Shown here piece by piece: positions 1 through 10,114 of a stretch of 64,000 nt of DNA. The notes under the pieces are model-generated. The model saw only the letters and a list, made by a program, of their open reading frames with translations. It had not been told where the DNA came from and did no database searches. Position 1 is the stretch's first letter; every line of letters starts with the position of its first letter. The translations under genes were made by a program, and so were the position numbers. This stretch comes from an uncultured Gammaproteobacteria bacterium (GTDB taxonomy: Bacteria; Patescibacteriota; Patescibacteriia; Magasanikbacterales; UBA922): contig CAYSXR010000003.1 of NCBI GenBank assembly GCA_964435035.1, forward strand, positions 19,553-83,552, in the 5' to 3' direction.

Positions 1-865
1 ATATGATGATTGGAATAAGTACACTGTGATCAGGAAAGAATGCAGTTGAGAGGTAAATTGCCAGGGTAAAGTTCATGTACGCGATAGAAACGGTCGCTGC
101 GACTCTTTTTTTGAATTTGAGCCAAAAGAACACACTGTATCCGATCACATGGGTTAGGAGGAAAAAAATGGCAAGAGGGATGAGGAATTTTGCAGGCTCG
201 GTGAGGACCGTATTTATAATTGTTGATGCATGTACTGCTGTCACACCGGTGAGGAGTAGGCCTAAGGCTCCGAGAGATCCTGCACGTGCGGCAGACGTAA
301 CTTTTTTTGCAATGCGTGGGGCGAATTTTTTTATACCTTCGGCTAGGGCGATGGGGAGGAAAATAATCAAAATTAGGCGTATGCACATGTCTATAATATC
401 AACTGATATCGAGGATTTGACGAGAAATTGTATTATGAGAGGAATGGTGAGTGGTGCTAAGAGTGAAGTGACAATAGAGAGGACTAGGGAAAAACTTTGT
501 TTACCATGTGCCATGGTAGTAAATAAGGGTGCAGTCATGGCTGTTGGCATGGCGGCAAGAAGTAGGAAAGGGATGGCAAGTGAGGGGGTTATTATAAGTG
601 CGGTGTAATAGACAACTATTGGTAGAATAATCAGTTTCAAAATTACCGCAAGTGAAATTGTTTTTATGTCATGTGCACTTTCTTTTATGTCTTTGAGGTG
701 TAATTTTAATGCTGAAAAAAAGAAAATACATCCTAGGAGGAATGTGATAAAGGGGAATAAATAAATTCCGTATTGGGGGAATCCTAGTCCGAAACTCAGT
801 GAAATTCCAAGAACTAAGATATAGAGATGTGAGAGAGAGGTATGGCCTTTTTTTTGTATTGCCAT
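1..865 (-). CDS. Partial (3'-truncated by window start) polytopic membrane transporter, bile acid:sodium symporter / auxin-efflux-carrier-like. Missed by the ORF track because no stop codon lies in the window.
   Basis: Open minus-strand frame from an ATG at 865-863 running to position 1 without a stop. Translation is strongly hydrophobic with repeated TM-like segments (MAIQKKGHTSLSHLYILVLGISLSFGLGF...LLLAAMPTAMTAPLFTT...). The start lies 4 nt downstream of the upstream gene's stop at 870. The overlapping ORFs 30..386 and 75..608 look like junk. Confidence 0.5.
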   Translation of the reverse strand, partial: MAIQKKGHTSLSHLYILVLGISLSFGLGFPQYGIYLFPFITFLLGCIFFFSALKLHLKDIKESAHDIKTISLAVILKLIILPIVVYYTALIITPSLAIPFLLLAAMPTAMTAPLFTTMAHGKQSFSLVLSIVTSLLAPLTIPLIIQFLVKSSISVDIIDMCIRLILIIFLPIALAEGIKKFAPRIAKKVTSAARAGSLGALGLLLTGVTAVHASTIINTVLTEPAKFLIPLAIFFLLTHVIGYSVFFWLKFKKRVAATVSIAYMNFTLAIYLSTAFFPDHSVLIPIII

Positions 866-869
866 ACGT

Positions 870-1889
870 CTATTTCACTAAGTTACTTGGGGATCCTGCA
901 ATAACATTTTTGATATTTTCAACTGCAGTTGTGATAATTCGATCAATTGCTTCAACACTATTGAATGCATTGTGGGGTGTAATAATCGTTTTTGGATGAT
1001 CAATGATTGCATTTTCAATTAGGCTTTGTCGGATATCTTGAGGTTTCTTGAGTGTCAAAATATTCTCTGGAGTTTTGAATATCATTTCTTCTTCGAGTAC
1101 ATCGAGTCCTGCTCCTGCGATCGTTCCATCTTGAAGTCCACGAAGGAGAGCTTCAGGTTCTATCAACCCACCGCGTGCAGTATTGATAATATAGACACCT
1201 TTTTTCATTATTTTTACTGCTTTTTGGTCAATGATGTGTGTCGTAGAAGGTAGGAGGGGGAGGTGAAGTGAAATAATATCTGATTCTTTGAACAGGGTAT
1301 TTAATTCTGTGTATGAAAATCCATATTCTTTTTCAAGTGCCTTGTTTGGAAATGCATCATAGGCAATGATACGTGCTTCAAATCCACTGAGGAGTTTCAT
1401 AAAATGCACGCCGATATGTCCTGTGCCGATAACCCCAATTGTTTTTTCTTTGATATCAAAACCTTGTAAATCATGATAATCGTATCGACCTTCTTTCACT
1501 CGCTTGATCGAAGGATATAATTTTCTCGAAAGTGAGAGGAGAAGTGCGAGTGCGTGTTCCGCAACGGTGTTTTCTCCATAGGTTGGTACATTTGAGACGG
1601 TAATTTTTTTCTTTTTGGCGTATGCTAGATCTATGTGATCGTAGCCGGTAGAAAATGTCGCAATATGTGCGAGGTGTGGCATGGAATCAATCACCCTTTT
1701 TCCAATTGTTGAGTCTACAAATACTCCGAGAATAGTGGTATTCGGATCAAGGTGAGTATTCTCAACAGTGGTCGGAGAAATTGCAATATCGTGCGACTCA
1801 AGTGAGTGTAATATCAGGGATTGGAATTGTCGGTCAATGCTAGTGAGGCGAATGACATGTTTCATAACATTGATTACGCAGATTAACAT
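870..1889 (-). CDS. D-isomer-specific 2-hydroxyacid dehydrogenase (D-lactate dehydrogenase-like), NAD-binding. Alternative start at 1865 (MKHVIRL...) is more likely, because the first 8 codons of the tracked ORF lie inside a MITE-like repeat.
   Basis: Rossmann motif GVIGTGHIGVHFMKLL, family-typical catalytic region, 339 aa. Confidence 0.8.
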   Translation of the reverse strand: MLICVINVMKHVIRLTSIDRQFQSLILHSLESHDIAISPTTVENTHLDPNTTILGVFVDSTIGKRVIDSMPHLAHIATFSTGYDHIDLAYAKKKKITVSNVPTYGENTVAEHALALLLSLSRKLYPSIKRVKEGRYDYHDLQGFDIKEKTIGVIGTGHIGVHFMKLLSGFEARIIAYDAFPNKALEKEYGFSYTELNTLFKESDIISLHLPLLPSTTHIIDQKAVKIMKKGVYIINTARGGLIEPEALLRGLQDGTIAGAGLDVLEEEMIFKTPENILTLKKPQDIRQSLIENAIIDHPKTIITPHNAFNSVEAIDRIITTAVENIKNVIAGSPSNLVK

Positions 1890-1957
1890 TGATTACGCAG
1901 ATTAAACTGGATCATCTTTTCAGTCTAAATCCATTTTAATTTGTCTAAATCAATGTT
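1866..1957. repeat. MITE-like element copy 1 (~92 bp) with perfect 10-bp terminal inverted repeats AACATTGATT...AATCAATGTT. Its 5' end carries a tandem duplication of AACATTGATTACGCAGATT.
   Basis: Shares termini and internal motifs (GATTACGCAG, GTCTAAATC) with the copies at 25715-25805 and 54365-54458. Confidence 0.6.
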
Positions 1958-3374
1958 AGGTGTTTTTAAACGTACTTGCAACGTAATACAGTAGGTCTTC
2001 GAGTTCGGTTCCCCTGGTGGTGTTTTGACGTATCAACCCTGTGAACATATTGTTTTTATAGATAAAGGTTATTCGTTTTTCGGTTATACCATTGCTGTAT
2101 TCTTTGGTAGTGACTCGAGTGTGACCATATACCCCATTGCGGTAGGTATTTCCTGATGATTGAAGTATGGTAACTGAGCTAGGCTGTTCAAATCCGGTAG
2201 AATAGAGATGTGTGTCTGAAATGAGTTTTTCTTCTTCCTGTATGGTGTACGAAGAACTTTTTCCTGGTACTGGTGACACGGTCAAATAGAGTGCTGACGT
2301 ACCATCTTGTGGTGGTGTGAAAACCACTGAATATTCATCTCGGAAAGCTCCGCCATACGAAAATCCTCGTATGACTTTGAATTTTCGTGGATATTCAAAA
2401 GAAACCCGTTCGTATTTTTCATTTCGTAAGTAGGCTCCGTTGTTTTTTGCTGCTTGGCGTTCTTCGATTATTTCTTCAAAGACTCCTTGATAGGAAATAG
2501 TTGAATTGCTTCCTAGGTCTGATCCAATTCTAAAGGTAGTTTTAGTGTTTACTCCGATCAAAGCAAGGTCAGGTATTTCCGCGATTGATACTGTGGGAAT
2601 TCTGTCTAGGCGATATCCTATTTTTCGGAGAGCTGTTTCATTTGAAATTTTTCTGAGTAATTGGTATTTCGGGTCTGTGCTACTAGGTTCTACACGATAT
2701 ATGGTACTTCCATTTCTATCTTTAAAGAGCATAAAATTTGGAGCTGCGACACTCATGATGCGGGAGTTTGGGTACATATTGAGAGACGTACCTGTGGGAA
2801 TTGCGTCTATGGTCTTTTGAGCTACAATTTCGATCCAATTTGCAGGAATACCAAGTTCTCGGAGGGTATCACCATTTTCAATATGGAATTTTACATTATT
2901 GATGACGAGATATACTGCAGATCTTTCGCGAGATTTAATGACTGATCCATCGCGTACGATAAGACTACTTGATCGATCATTTCCACTATTGCCGCTACTA
3001 GATCCTGAGCCACTATTACTTCCCGTGTCAATTTTTATGTCCAAATCAGTATTTTTGTCTTCAGTTCCTTCGAAAGGGACGTATTTTTCAGGATCGTTTG
3101 GAATAAACCTTAGAGTCAGGTCATCAATTAGTATTACTTTGTCCCATGATTTGAAGTATGAGAAAAAAATAGTCTCATTTTGAAAAATCTGTTTGGTACA
3201 GTTTTCTGTAATATAATAGACCTCAGGATTTATTGATGATTTGTATGGGTTTTTTTTTCGTAGTGCACATGAATCTGTTATTGCATTACTTGTGTTTGGG
3301 AATAATGCGATTGTAAGGATGAATAGTGTACTGAAAAAAAATATCTTTTTCATATGGAAGAAATTAATGTTCAC
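1956..3374 (-). CDS. Secreted hypothetical protein (472 aa) with an N-terminal signal peptide and a Ser/Gly-rich linker.
   Basis: N-terminus MKKIFFFSTLFILTIALFPNTSNA. No recognisable catalytic motif. Confidence 0.55.
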   Translation of the reverse strand: MNINFFHMKKIFFFSTLFILTIALFPNTSNAITDSCALRKKNPYKSSINPEVYYITENCTKQIFQNETIFFSYFKSWDKVILIDDLTLRFIPNDPEKYVPFEGTEDKNTDLDIKIDTGSNSGSGSSSGNSGNDRSSSLIVRDGSVIKSRERSAVYLVINNVKFHIENGDTLRELGIPANWIEIVAQKTIDAIPTGTSLNMYPNSRIMSVAAPNFMLFKDRNGSTIYRVEPSSTDPKYQLLRKISNETALRKIGYRLDRIPTVSIAEIPDLALIGVNTKTTFRIGSDLGSNSTISYQGVFEEIIEERQAAKNNGAYLRNEKYERVSFEYPRKFKVIRGFSYGGAFRDEYSVVFTPPQDGTSALYLTVSPVPGKSSSYTIQEEEKLISDTHLYSTGFEQPSSVTILQSSGNTYRNGVYGHTRVTTKEYSNGITEKRITFIYKNNMFTGLIRQNTTRGTELEDLLYYVASTFKNT

Positions 3375-3568
3375 AGTATATCCTATTTGTACACATAGTT
3401 CAAAATTTTATTTGATTTTTGGTTTTTTTGTCATCTATTTTGTGGTATACTTCCTTCTCTATTAATATAGTTTTTTTGCATGTTTTTTGTAAAATATACA
3501 ATCCGTTCAGTATCTGTCAAGACAGACACTTTTGTTTGTCGTAGGTGCTCTAAGGACACTTACTTTTT

Positions 3569-4993
3569 TTGATTTTTATGAATGATGAGATTAAAGTATC
3601 ACGATCTTCATTTGTCGTCCCACCTGACATTTCTTCTCGCCGATTTTTTGAAGGCAGATTTGTACGTTATTGGTCGTGGCGTACACTATTACAAAATTAT
3701 TTTATTCTTAGACGTGCGCCATTGGCACAAAAGGATTTGCAAGAACTTGCTAAGTTACGTAAACAAATTTTTTTGACATACCTTAAGAATTTTTTGTGGT
3801 TTCCATTACTTTTCCTTAAGCTCCTTACACCTTCCTATATGAAAGGGGAAGTAAATGTCTGGACTAATCTCCGTACACTCTGGCAGACGCTCACGAGTAG
3901 GGAATTTCGTCCCCTTCGTATGGCAGTACTCATGCAGTTTGTTTTTCTCTACGTCGTAGGCCATCTTGGATATATTGTATTTCATAATTATGCGGCTCCT
4001 GCCTATGCTGCTACCTATACCTGGATACAGAATAGTTGGGCTGGGAATGCAAGTACAACAGCTACGGGTGTCCACCCGGGAAATCAAACGGGGTGGAATT
4101 ATTTTGTATCGAAAGACGCTGAAATAATTATTTCAGGCGGGGCGGTAACACTTGAATTACCATCATCTTTTCAGATTGAAACGACCGATACTCATTTTAA
4201 TGCGGGTACTAAAACTAATGTCTTTACCTCAAGTACGGGATCGGGTGCTTCTATTGTACTACTCAAGCCTGGTGGGGCCACCTGTAGTTCAGGTACTCAA
4301 TGTACGAGTGGTATTTGTACAAGTAATTTGTGCTATGTTCCTCCTTGTGGTGTCGGAGTTACTTCTACTCTCTATTCTTCGGAAACCTATCCATTGGTGA
4401 ATATTGGTACTCAATGTTGGTTTGCAAAAAATCTTAATGTAGGCACGAAACTCGCTTCAGCTGCTACGGTCCCTTCCAATGGCGCTCTTATTGAAAAATG
4501 GTGTTATGACAATTCTGATGCGAATTGCACCACCTATGGTGGGCTCTACACCTGGGCTGAGACACTTCAACTTGATCCATCGTGTAATACGAGTAATAGT
4601 GGTGGGTGTATTCCTGGTGCTAATCGTCAGGGTATTTGTCCGTCTGGCTGGCATATCCCTACTGATACTGAGATTAAGACTATGGAGGTATATTTGGGAA
4701 TGTGTACCGGTGGTGGTGCTGGATGTGTTGATACAACTAGTTGGCGTGGTACTGATCAGTCGACTCAGCTGAAGACTGGTGGATCTTCAGGATTTAATTT
4801 ACCTGTTGGTGCTGGTAGACGTAGTACAGGTAATGCGTTTCAAGGACAGAGCACATACACATATCTTTGGTCTGCATCTGCGTCTACCGCTACAGATGCT
4901 TGGTATCGTCAGTTTACAACTCGTGCAGATATTTTTCGTGATGTTCTCAATAAGGCGTATGGTTCCTCAGTTCGATGTATTAAGGATGCCTGA
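3569..4993 (+). CDS. Protein with a C-terminal Fibrobacter succinogenes major paralogous domain (Fib_succ_major-like). True start uncertain, possibly the ATG at 3920.
   Basis: C-terminal motifs CPSGWHIPTDTE...GFNLPVGAGRRSTGNAFQGQSTYTYLWSAS...GSSVRCIKD typical of that domain. The N-terminal 117 codons of the tracked ORF look atypical. Confidence 0.55.
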   Translation: MIFMNDEIKVSRSSFVVPPDISSRRFFEGRFVRYWSWRTLLQNYFILRRAPLAQKDLQELAKLRKQIFLTYLKNFLWFPLLFLKLLTPSYMKGEVNVWTNLRTLWQTLTSREFRPLRMAVLMQFVFLYVVGHLGYIVFHNYAAPAYAATYTWIQNSWAGNASTTATGVHPGNQTGWNYFVSKDAEIIISGGAVTLELPSSFQIETTDTHFNAGTKTNVFTSSTGSGASIVLLKPGGATCSSGTQCTSGICTSNLCYVPPCGVGVTSTLYSSETYPLVNIGTQCWFAKNLNVGTKLASAATVPSNGALIEKWCYDNSDANCTTYGGLYTWAETLQLDPSCNTSNSGGCIPGANRQGICPSGWHIPTDTEIKTMEVYLGMCTGGGAGCVDTTSWRGTDQSTQLKTGGSSGFNLPVGAGRRSTGNAFQGQSTYTYLWSASASTATDAWYRQFTTRADIFRDVLNKAYGSSVRCIKDA

Positions 4994-5068
4994 ATTTGAG
5001 CTATTATTTTTTATAATAGTATGTTTTTTTACAAGCCGTACCATTCTAGTATATACCACGCATAAGTT

Positions 5069-8000
5069 ATGATGCGTTTATTGTTGAAAATTGGATTTTT
5101 TTTGGGTGTAGTGTTCATAGTATTTTGTACGCCCTCATTGGTTCGAGCCGCTGATCCTGCAAGCGGTACGTTTGTTTCTCAAATTATTGATTTGGGTGGT
5201 GAAATGGTTTTTGGTGAAATTACTTGGAATGATACAGTGCCTGGGGGCACCTCTATTGTGATGGAGGTTCGAGCGGGGAATAGTATTGATGTGAGCGATG
5301 GAGTTTGGACAACAGTAGTAAAAAATCAAGAACTTAATGAAAATTTTGATGATCGAAGATATACACAGTATCGAATAACTTTTGAAACCGAGGATGGTGA
5401 TTTTGTACCGAGTGTGAGTGATGTTTCAATTGAATATGTAGCAGCGGGTACTTTTTCTCTCATTGGTTCCCCGTATGACGCAGGCGATCTGAGTAATGTA
5501 CTTGCTGGTATTTCGTGGGTAGCTACGACTCCTACGGGCACGTCTGTGCGCTTTCAGATGCGTACGAGTCCTGATAATAATTCTTGGACATCGTGGAAGG
5601 GTCCTGATGGTACTAATAGTACTTATTTTACCGCATCAGATGGTTCTCAGAATATGCCTGCTGCATTGGGGGATGGCGAAGACGATCGTTGGATTCAATA
5701 TCAAACATTTCTTTCAACCGAGGACGCTGTGACCGTCCCCGTGCTTTCTTCGGCTACGATTACCTATGTTGTTAATGCCCCACCTGAAATCTCTGTTACA
5801 GGTACTCCTATTTTGCAATCCAGTGAAGGTCTTGTTGAAGTTACTTATGAAGTAAGAGATTTTGACACCTTAACGGGTTTTACACCAGGTACTGTTGCAA
5901 TTGACCTTCAGTACTGTACGAGTAATTGTTCTTCTGTTGGTAATGAGGTCTGGGAGACGGCTGTATCCTCTAGTCTTACTGGTAGTTATGGCGCTGGTAT
6001 TGTGGTGGATGCTGAAGATTATACAGAATACTCACTCATTTGGGATCCAACCATTTCTCTTCCGAGTCATTATAATGGTAGTAATTTTAAGATTCGTATC
6101 CGTGCAAATGATGGTGAAGCTGCCAATAATTATGCCTATGATGAATCGAATACTTTTACGCTTGATACTGTTGACCCGGTTGTAAACTCGTTTGTTATCG
6201 ATGCGAGAAGTAATGCTAATCCATCACTCACTCTTTCTGTCACCGACAATACTGTTGTGGGTCTTTTGATGAAATTGTCGAATAACAGCAATCTTTCTCC
6301 TGATGGGCTCAATGCTCAGTCGGGTACGTGGATTCCGTATACTGCTACCTCCAGTTGGGTCTTTGCAAGTGGACCTACTTCGACAGTGTATTATAGTATT
6401 TCCGATGCGTACGGTAATCTATCGAGTGGTGATGCAATTTCTTCGGCTCTTTCACCTCGTACTCCAATAAATATAGTGATTCGAGATATTTCAAATTCAG
6501 AAATGTCTGAATGGTGGGAATTTATTGCGTGGGGAGTGGTGCCTGAGCCCTTACCAGGTTTTAAACAGTATACGATTTATCGATCAACTGATGGTTCCAA
6601 TTATTCAGTTCTCGCTACACAGACTGATCGAACTATTAATTATTATCTTGATGATACTCTTGATACTGAAACTACGTATTATTATAAAGTAGTCGCAGAG
6701 GACGATGATGATAATATTTCTAAATACTCAAGTGTGGTTTCTGATGCACCAAATGGACAAGGTGGCAGTGATAGCACTGGTCCTACTATTTCTGCGGTTT
6801 CTTCTACTGCAGTTGGTACTGAGAGTGTTACTATCACCTGGAATACAGACGAGCTTTCTGATTCAACCGTTGACTATATGACTAATACGGGAGGGGACTT
6901 CAGTCTTGCTGACAGTGTTGGTCTTACTGCTATGTTTGATAGCTCTTCTGGTTTTGGACAGCATGCGGTTACTATCTCTGGACTCACTCCTGCAACTACC
7001 TACTATTACCGTGTTCGTTCGGAGGACCCTCAGTCAAATGAGGGGGTTAGTACTGAATCCCCTAATGGTTATACTTTTACTACTCTTTCTGGCCCTGCGA
7101 TTACGGATGTGGTAATTTCACATATTTCCAATACAGAAGCTACGATCACCTGGGCTACTGACCAGTCGAGTGATTCATATATCTATTACTCAACTAGTAC
7201 TATCCTCGCTTCGCCTACGCTTGTAGGACTTGCAAATAGTGTACAGAACCATGAGGTTACACTCGGTTCACTTTCACCTGGAATCACCTATTATTTTTTT
7301 GTTCAATCAGGTGTTGGGCAAGATAAGAATGTGGTCGACGGGGAGAATCAATACTACACTTTTACGACAACGATGGATGTGGCAGTCCCCATTATTACTT
7401 TTGATGCTGGAGATGATGTAAGTGTAACTGAGGATAGTGTCACCATATCATGGGTGACAGATGAGATTGCTACGTCTACTATTGAATACGGAACGAGCGA
7501 TTCATACGGAACGAGTGTTATCAATAATAATTATAATACGGATCATTTTTCTGTAATTAGTGATTTATTGGGTGGCACACTGTATTATTTCCGCTTGTAT
7601 GCTACTGATGAGAATGGTAATCGGTCGGTTGCAACTGAATTTGTAGCAACTACCACTGATAGCGTTGATAATACACCACCTGTTATCTCTGATGTTGAAG
7701 TAACGGTCGTAACCGATGATGAAGCTCTTATTGTGTGGGATACTGATGAGGTCGCAACAGGGCGAGTATATTACGGCACAGCTACTACGCTCTACACAGC
7801 TTCAAGTACTCTAGTGTCCACCTACAATCGGGCGCATGCGATTACACTTAGCGGTCTTACTACTTCGACGCTCTATTACTATGTTGTTGTTTCTCTCGAT
7901 TCCAGTGGTAACTCTACTACGTCCTCTGAATATACGTTCACCACTCTTGAAACACTCTCTGAAGAAAGTGAAGTTGCACTTCGTGAAGAAACTGCTCGAG

Positions 8001-9532
8001 CTGAGGGAGTTGCCCAAGGTTCTTCAAGTGTAAGCTCTGGTGGTGGGGGAGGTGGTGCTCGGGTGGATCGAGTTGCACCTATTATTTCTGCGGCAAGTGT
8101 TGCCGAAATTTCAGGATCACGAGCGAGTGTGTCGTGGACTGCAAACGAAGCGTCTGTTGGTATTATGGAATTTGGTACTGCACCTGACGAATATACCAAG
8201 AGTGCGGTGACGATGCCTCTTACTTTCAAGACAGATCATCGTATTGTCTTACAAGATTTGGATCCACTCACTACGTACTATTATCGTGTGAGTGCTGCTG
8301 ATGCATCATTTAATGTAAGTAATCTGCTGACTGGTTCGTTTACAACTCTTTCAGAACTCGAAGTTCTTGATGAATTGGTTTCTTCTACTGAAAATACGTT
8401 GATTGGAGAAGAGACTGAAGAAGTGTTCGTTTCTTCAATTGAAAAAGCGAGTGAACTCATTCGATCGTTGTCTACTCGTGTAGGAGTCGGGGCACTTGAA
8501 GCAACACTTACTGATCAGGCGGCATTTATTCAGGAATTATCCGCACTGCTTCCACTTCCGATTATTGGGGGGCAGCCACTAGTTGAAGTAGGATCGAATT
8601 ATGTGCAGGTGTCTTGGACTACTGATAAGTACTCCAATTCGTTAGTGAAATTTGCACCCGAAGATGTTTTTGAGACACTCGGTCAAGAGTATGATCAGAC
8701 GGTTGGAGATGCTGCAACAATGGTTCTCAATCATCGAGTTGAGATCAAGAATTTAAAACCAAATACACTGTATCATTATCGAGTAATTTCGCGTACGATT
8801 GCTGGTGCCGAAACGGTATCTGCTGATTTTACTTTCCGGACTGCAGCTGAAGTTACTGAAATAAATACCTATAAATTTGATGTGATTTCTGCGAATGAGG
8901 CTCGTATTAGGTGGGTCACGAGTGCACCTACGGATTCGTCGGTCGCCTTTACTCCTTATCGAGGAGGGGTTCCTGATCTTGATTCAAAACAATTTGTAAA
9001 AGATGCAAGTTTTGTTACACAACACTCGCTCACACTTTCTGAACTTGAGGCAGGTGTCGTGTATGACATTGAATTGTTTGGGGCGGATTATGGAGGAAAT
9101 ACGGTGAGGGAATTAATCCAAGGTTTCAGTACGACTGATACGGATTTGCCACCGATTATTTCCCAGATACAGACTGATTCTGCAATTATTCCGGGCAGTA
9201 CCGAAAAAATTCAGACGATTATTTCATGGAACACCAATGAACTTTCGACGAGTCGAGTATATTATCGCAAAGGATTTGCAACTAATGAATCACCGTTTAC
9301 TGAGATGACTATTCTTGATCTTGGGTATGTTAAAAAACATATTGTGGTAGTTTCTAATTTTGAATCAGGACAAGTGTATCAATTTGCTGTCGAGAGTACT
9401 GATTCTAGTGGTAATACTGCACTGTCAAACACTATTACCATTCTTACTCCGCGTAAAGAAGAGTCGGTATTCCAGGTAATTATGAGTAATTTTGAAGATT
9501 TGTTTTCGTGGGTTGGGAAAGTACGGAGGTAG
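5069..9532 (+). CDS. Giant secreted surface protein (1487 aa) with about 8 tandem fibronectin-III / purple-acid-phosphatase-N-like domains.
   Basis: Signal peptide MMRLLLKIGFFLGVVFIVFCTPSLVRA. Repeated TITW-TDE...V-YGT...H-V-L-GL-P-T-YYYRV modules and a poly-Gly linker. Confidence 0.75.
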   Translation: MMRLLLKIGFFLGVVFIVFCTPSLVRAADPASGTFVSQIIDLGGEMVFGEITWNDTVPGGTSIVMEVRAGNSIDVSDGVWTTVVKNQELNENFDDRRYTQYRITFETEDGDFVPSVSDVSIEYVAAGTFSLIGSPYDAGDLSNVLAGISWVATTPTGTSVRFQMRTSPDNNSWTSWKGPDGTNSTYFTASDGSQNMPAALGDGEDDRWIQYQTFLSTEDAVTVPVLSSATITYVVNAPPEISVTGTPILQSSEGLVEVTYEVRDFDTLTGFTPGTVAIDLQYCTSNCSSVGNEVWETAVSSSLTGSYGAGIVVDAEDYTEYSLIWDPTISLPSHYNGSNFKIRIRANDGEAANNYAYDESNTFTLDTVDPVVNSFVIDARSNANPSLTLSVTDNTVVGLLMKLSNNSNLSPDGLNAQSGTWIPYTATSSWVFASGPTSTVYYSISDAYGNLSSGDAISSALSPRTPINIVIRDISNSEMSEWWEFIAWGVVPEPLPGFKQYTIYRSTDGSNYSVLATQTDRTINYYLDDTLDTETTYYYKVVAEDDDDNISKYSSVVSDAPNGQGGSDSTGPTISAVSSTAVGTESVTITWNTDELSDSTVDYMTNTGGDFSLADSVGLTAMFDSSSGFGQHAVTISGLTPATTYYYRVRSEDPQSNEGVSTESPNGYTFTTLSGPAITDVVISHISNTEATITWATDQSSDSYIYYSTSTILASPTLVGLANSVQNHEVTLGSLSPGITYYFFVQSGVGQDKNVVDGENQYYTFTTTMDVAVPIITFDAGDDVSVTEDSVTISWVTDEIATSTIEYGTSDSYGTSVINNNYNTDHFSVISDLLGGTLYYFRLYATDENGNRSVATEFVATTTDSVDNTPPVISDVEVTVVTDDEALIVWDTDEVATGRVYYGTATTLYTASSTLVSTYNRAHAITLSGLTTSTLYYYVVVSLDSSGNSTTSSEYTFTTLETLSEESEVALREETARAEGVAQGSSSVSSGGGGGGARVDRVAPIISAASVAEISGSRASVSWTANEASVGIMEFGTAPDEYTKSAVTMPLTFKTDHRIVLQDLDPLTTYYYRVSAADASFNVSNLLTGSFTTLSELEVLDELVSSTENTLIGEETEEVFVSSIEKASELIRSLSTRVGVGALEATLTDQAAFIQELSALLPLPIIGGQPLVEVGSNYVQVSWTTDKYSNSLVKFAPEDVFETLGQEYDQTVGDAATMVLNHRVEIKNLKPNTLYHYRVISRTIAGAETVSADFTFRTAAEVTEINTYKFDVISANEARIRWVTSAPTDSSVAFTPYRGGVPDLDSKQFVKDASFVTQHSLTLSELEAGVVYDIELFGADYGGNTVRELIQGFSTTDTDLPPIISQIQTDSAIIPGSTEKIQTIISWNTNELSTSRVYYRKGFATNESPFTEMTILDLGYVKKHIVVVSNFESGQVYQFAVESTDSSGNTALSNTITILTPRKEESVFQVIMSNFEDLFSWVGKVRR

Positions 9533-9556
9533 TGGTGATGGGTAAATATTAAAAAA

Positions 9557-9586
9557 ACCGCTACATAATTCTGTAGCGGTTTTTTG
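9557..9586. terminator. Bidirectional intrinsic terminator between the convergent giant surface protein gene and rplK.
   Basis: Hairpin ACCGCTACA-TAATTC-TGTAGCGGT flanked by an A-run and a T-run. Confidence 0.6.
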
Positions 9587-9596
9587 TTTGGATATA

Positions 9597-10022
9597 TTAT
9601 CCTTCAATCGTGACTCCCATTTGTCTCGCAGTTCCTTCGATAATTTTCATTGCTGCGTCGATGTCGTTTGCATTAAGGTCGGGCATTTTTTTCTCAGCGA
9701 TTTCCCGTACTTGTGCCTTGGTAATTTTACCTACCTTGGTCTTCAATGGGTTTCCTGATCCTTTTGCAATTTTTGCAGCTTTCTTGATAAGTTCGCTCGC
9801 AGGAGCTACTTTCATGATGAAGCTGAATGTGCGGTCTTCGTATACATTGATGATGACTGGTACGACGTCACCTTTTTTATCCTGAGTTGCTGCATTGAAT
9901 TTGCTGCAGAAGTCCTGGATATTCAATCCGTGTTGTCCAAGAGCTGGTCCTACCGGAGGTGCTGGATTTGCAGCTCCACCCACGATCTGAAGTTTGATTT
10001 GAGTGGTAAGTTTTTTTGCCAT
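9597..10022 (-). CDS. rplK: 50S ribosomal protein L11.
   Basis: [39 protein letters not shown] is the L11 signature. Confidence 0.9.
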   Translation of the reverse strand: MAKKLTTQIKLQIVGGAANPAPPVGPALGQHGLNIQDFCSKFNAATQDKKGDVVPVIINVYEDRTFSFIMKVAPASELIKKAAKIAKGSGNPLKTKVGKITKAQVREIAEKKMPDLNANDIDAAMKIIEGTARQMGVTIEG

Positions 10023-10114
10023 ATATGTTATTTACGATTTTCAATAAGTGACTGTATTAGGGTGAGAAGCGTCTTTTGGACCACCCTTATTTCAGTCACC
10101 TATCGATAGTGTTT

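Noticed and set aside
30-608. Tracked ORFs 30..386 (-) and 75..608 (+) at the window start.
   Set aside because: Both translate to low-complexity Arg/Cys/Pro-rich sequence. A different minus-strand frame gives a clean polytopic membrane protein open to the window edge, which is annotated instead.
4152-5072. Several 60-100-aa ORFs on alternative frames inside the Fib_succ_major gene and in the 4994-5068 spacer.
   Set aside because: Overlapping or antisense frames within a gene with recognisable domain motifs. No start-site signals.
3569-9532. Diversity-generating retroelement targeting the large surface proteins.
   Set aside because: No reverse-transcriptase gene, template repeat or variable-region duplicate found anywhere in the window.
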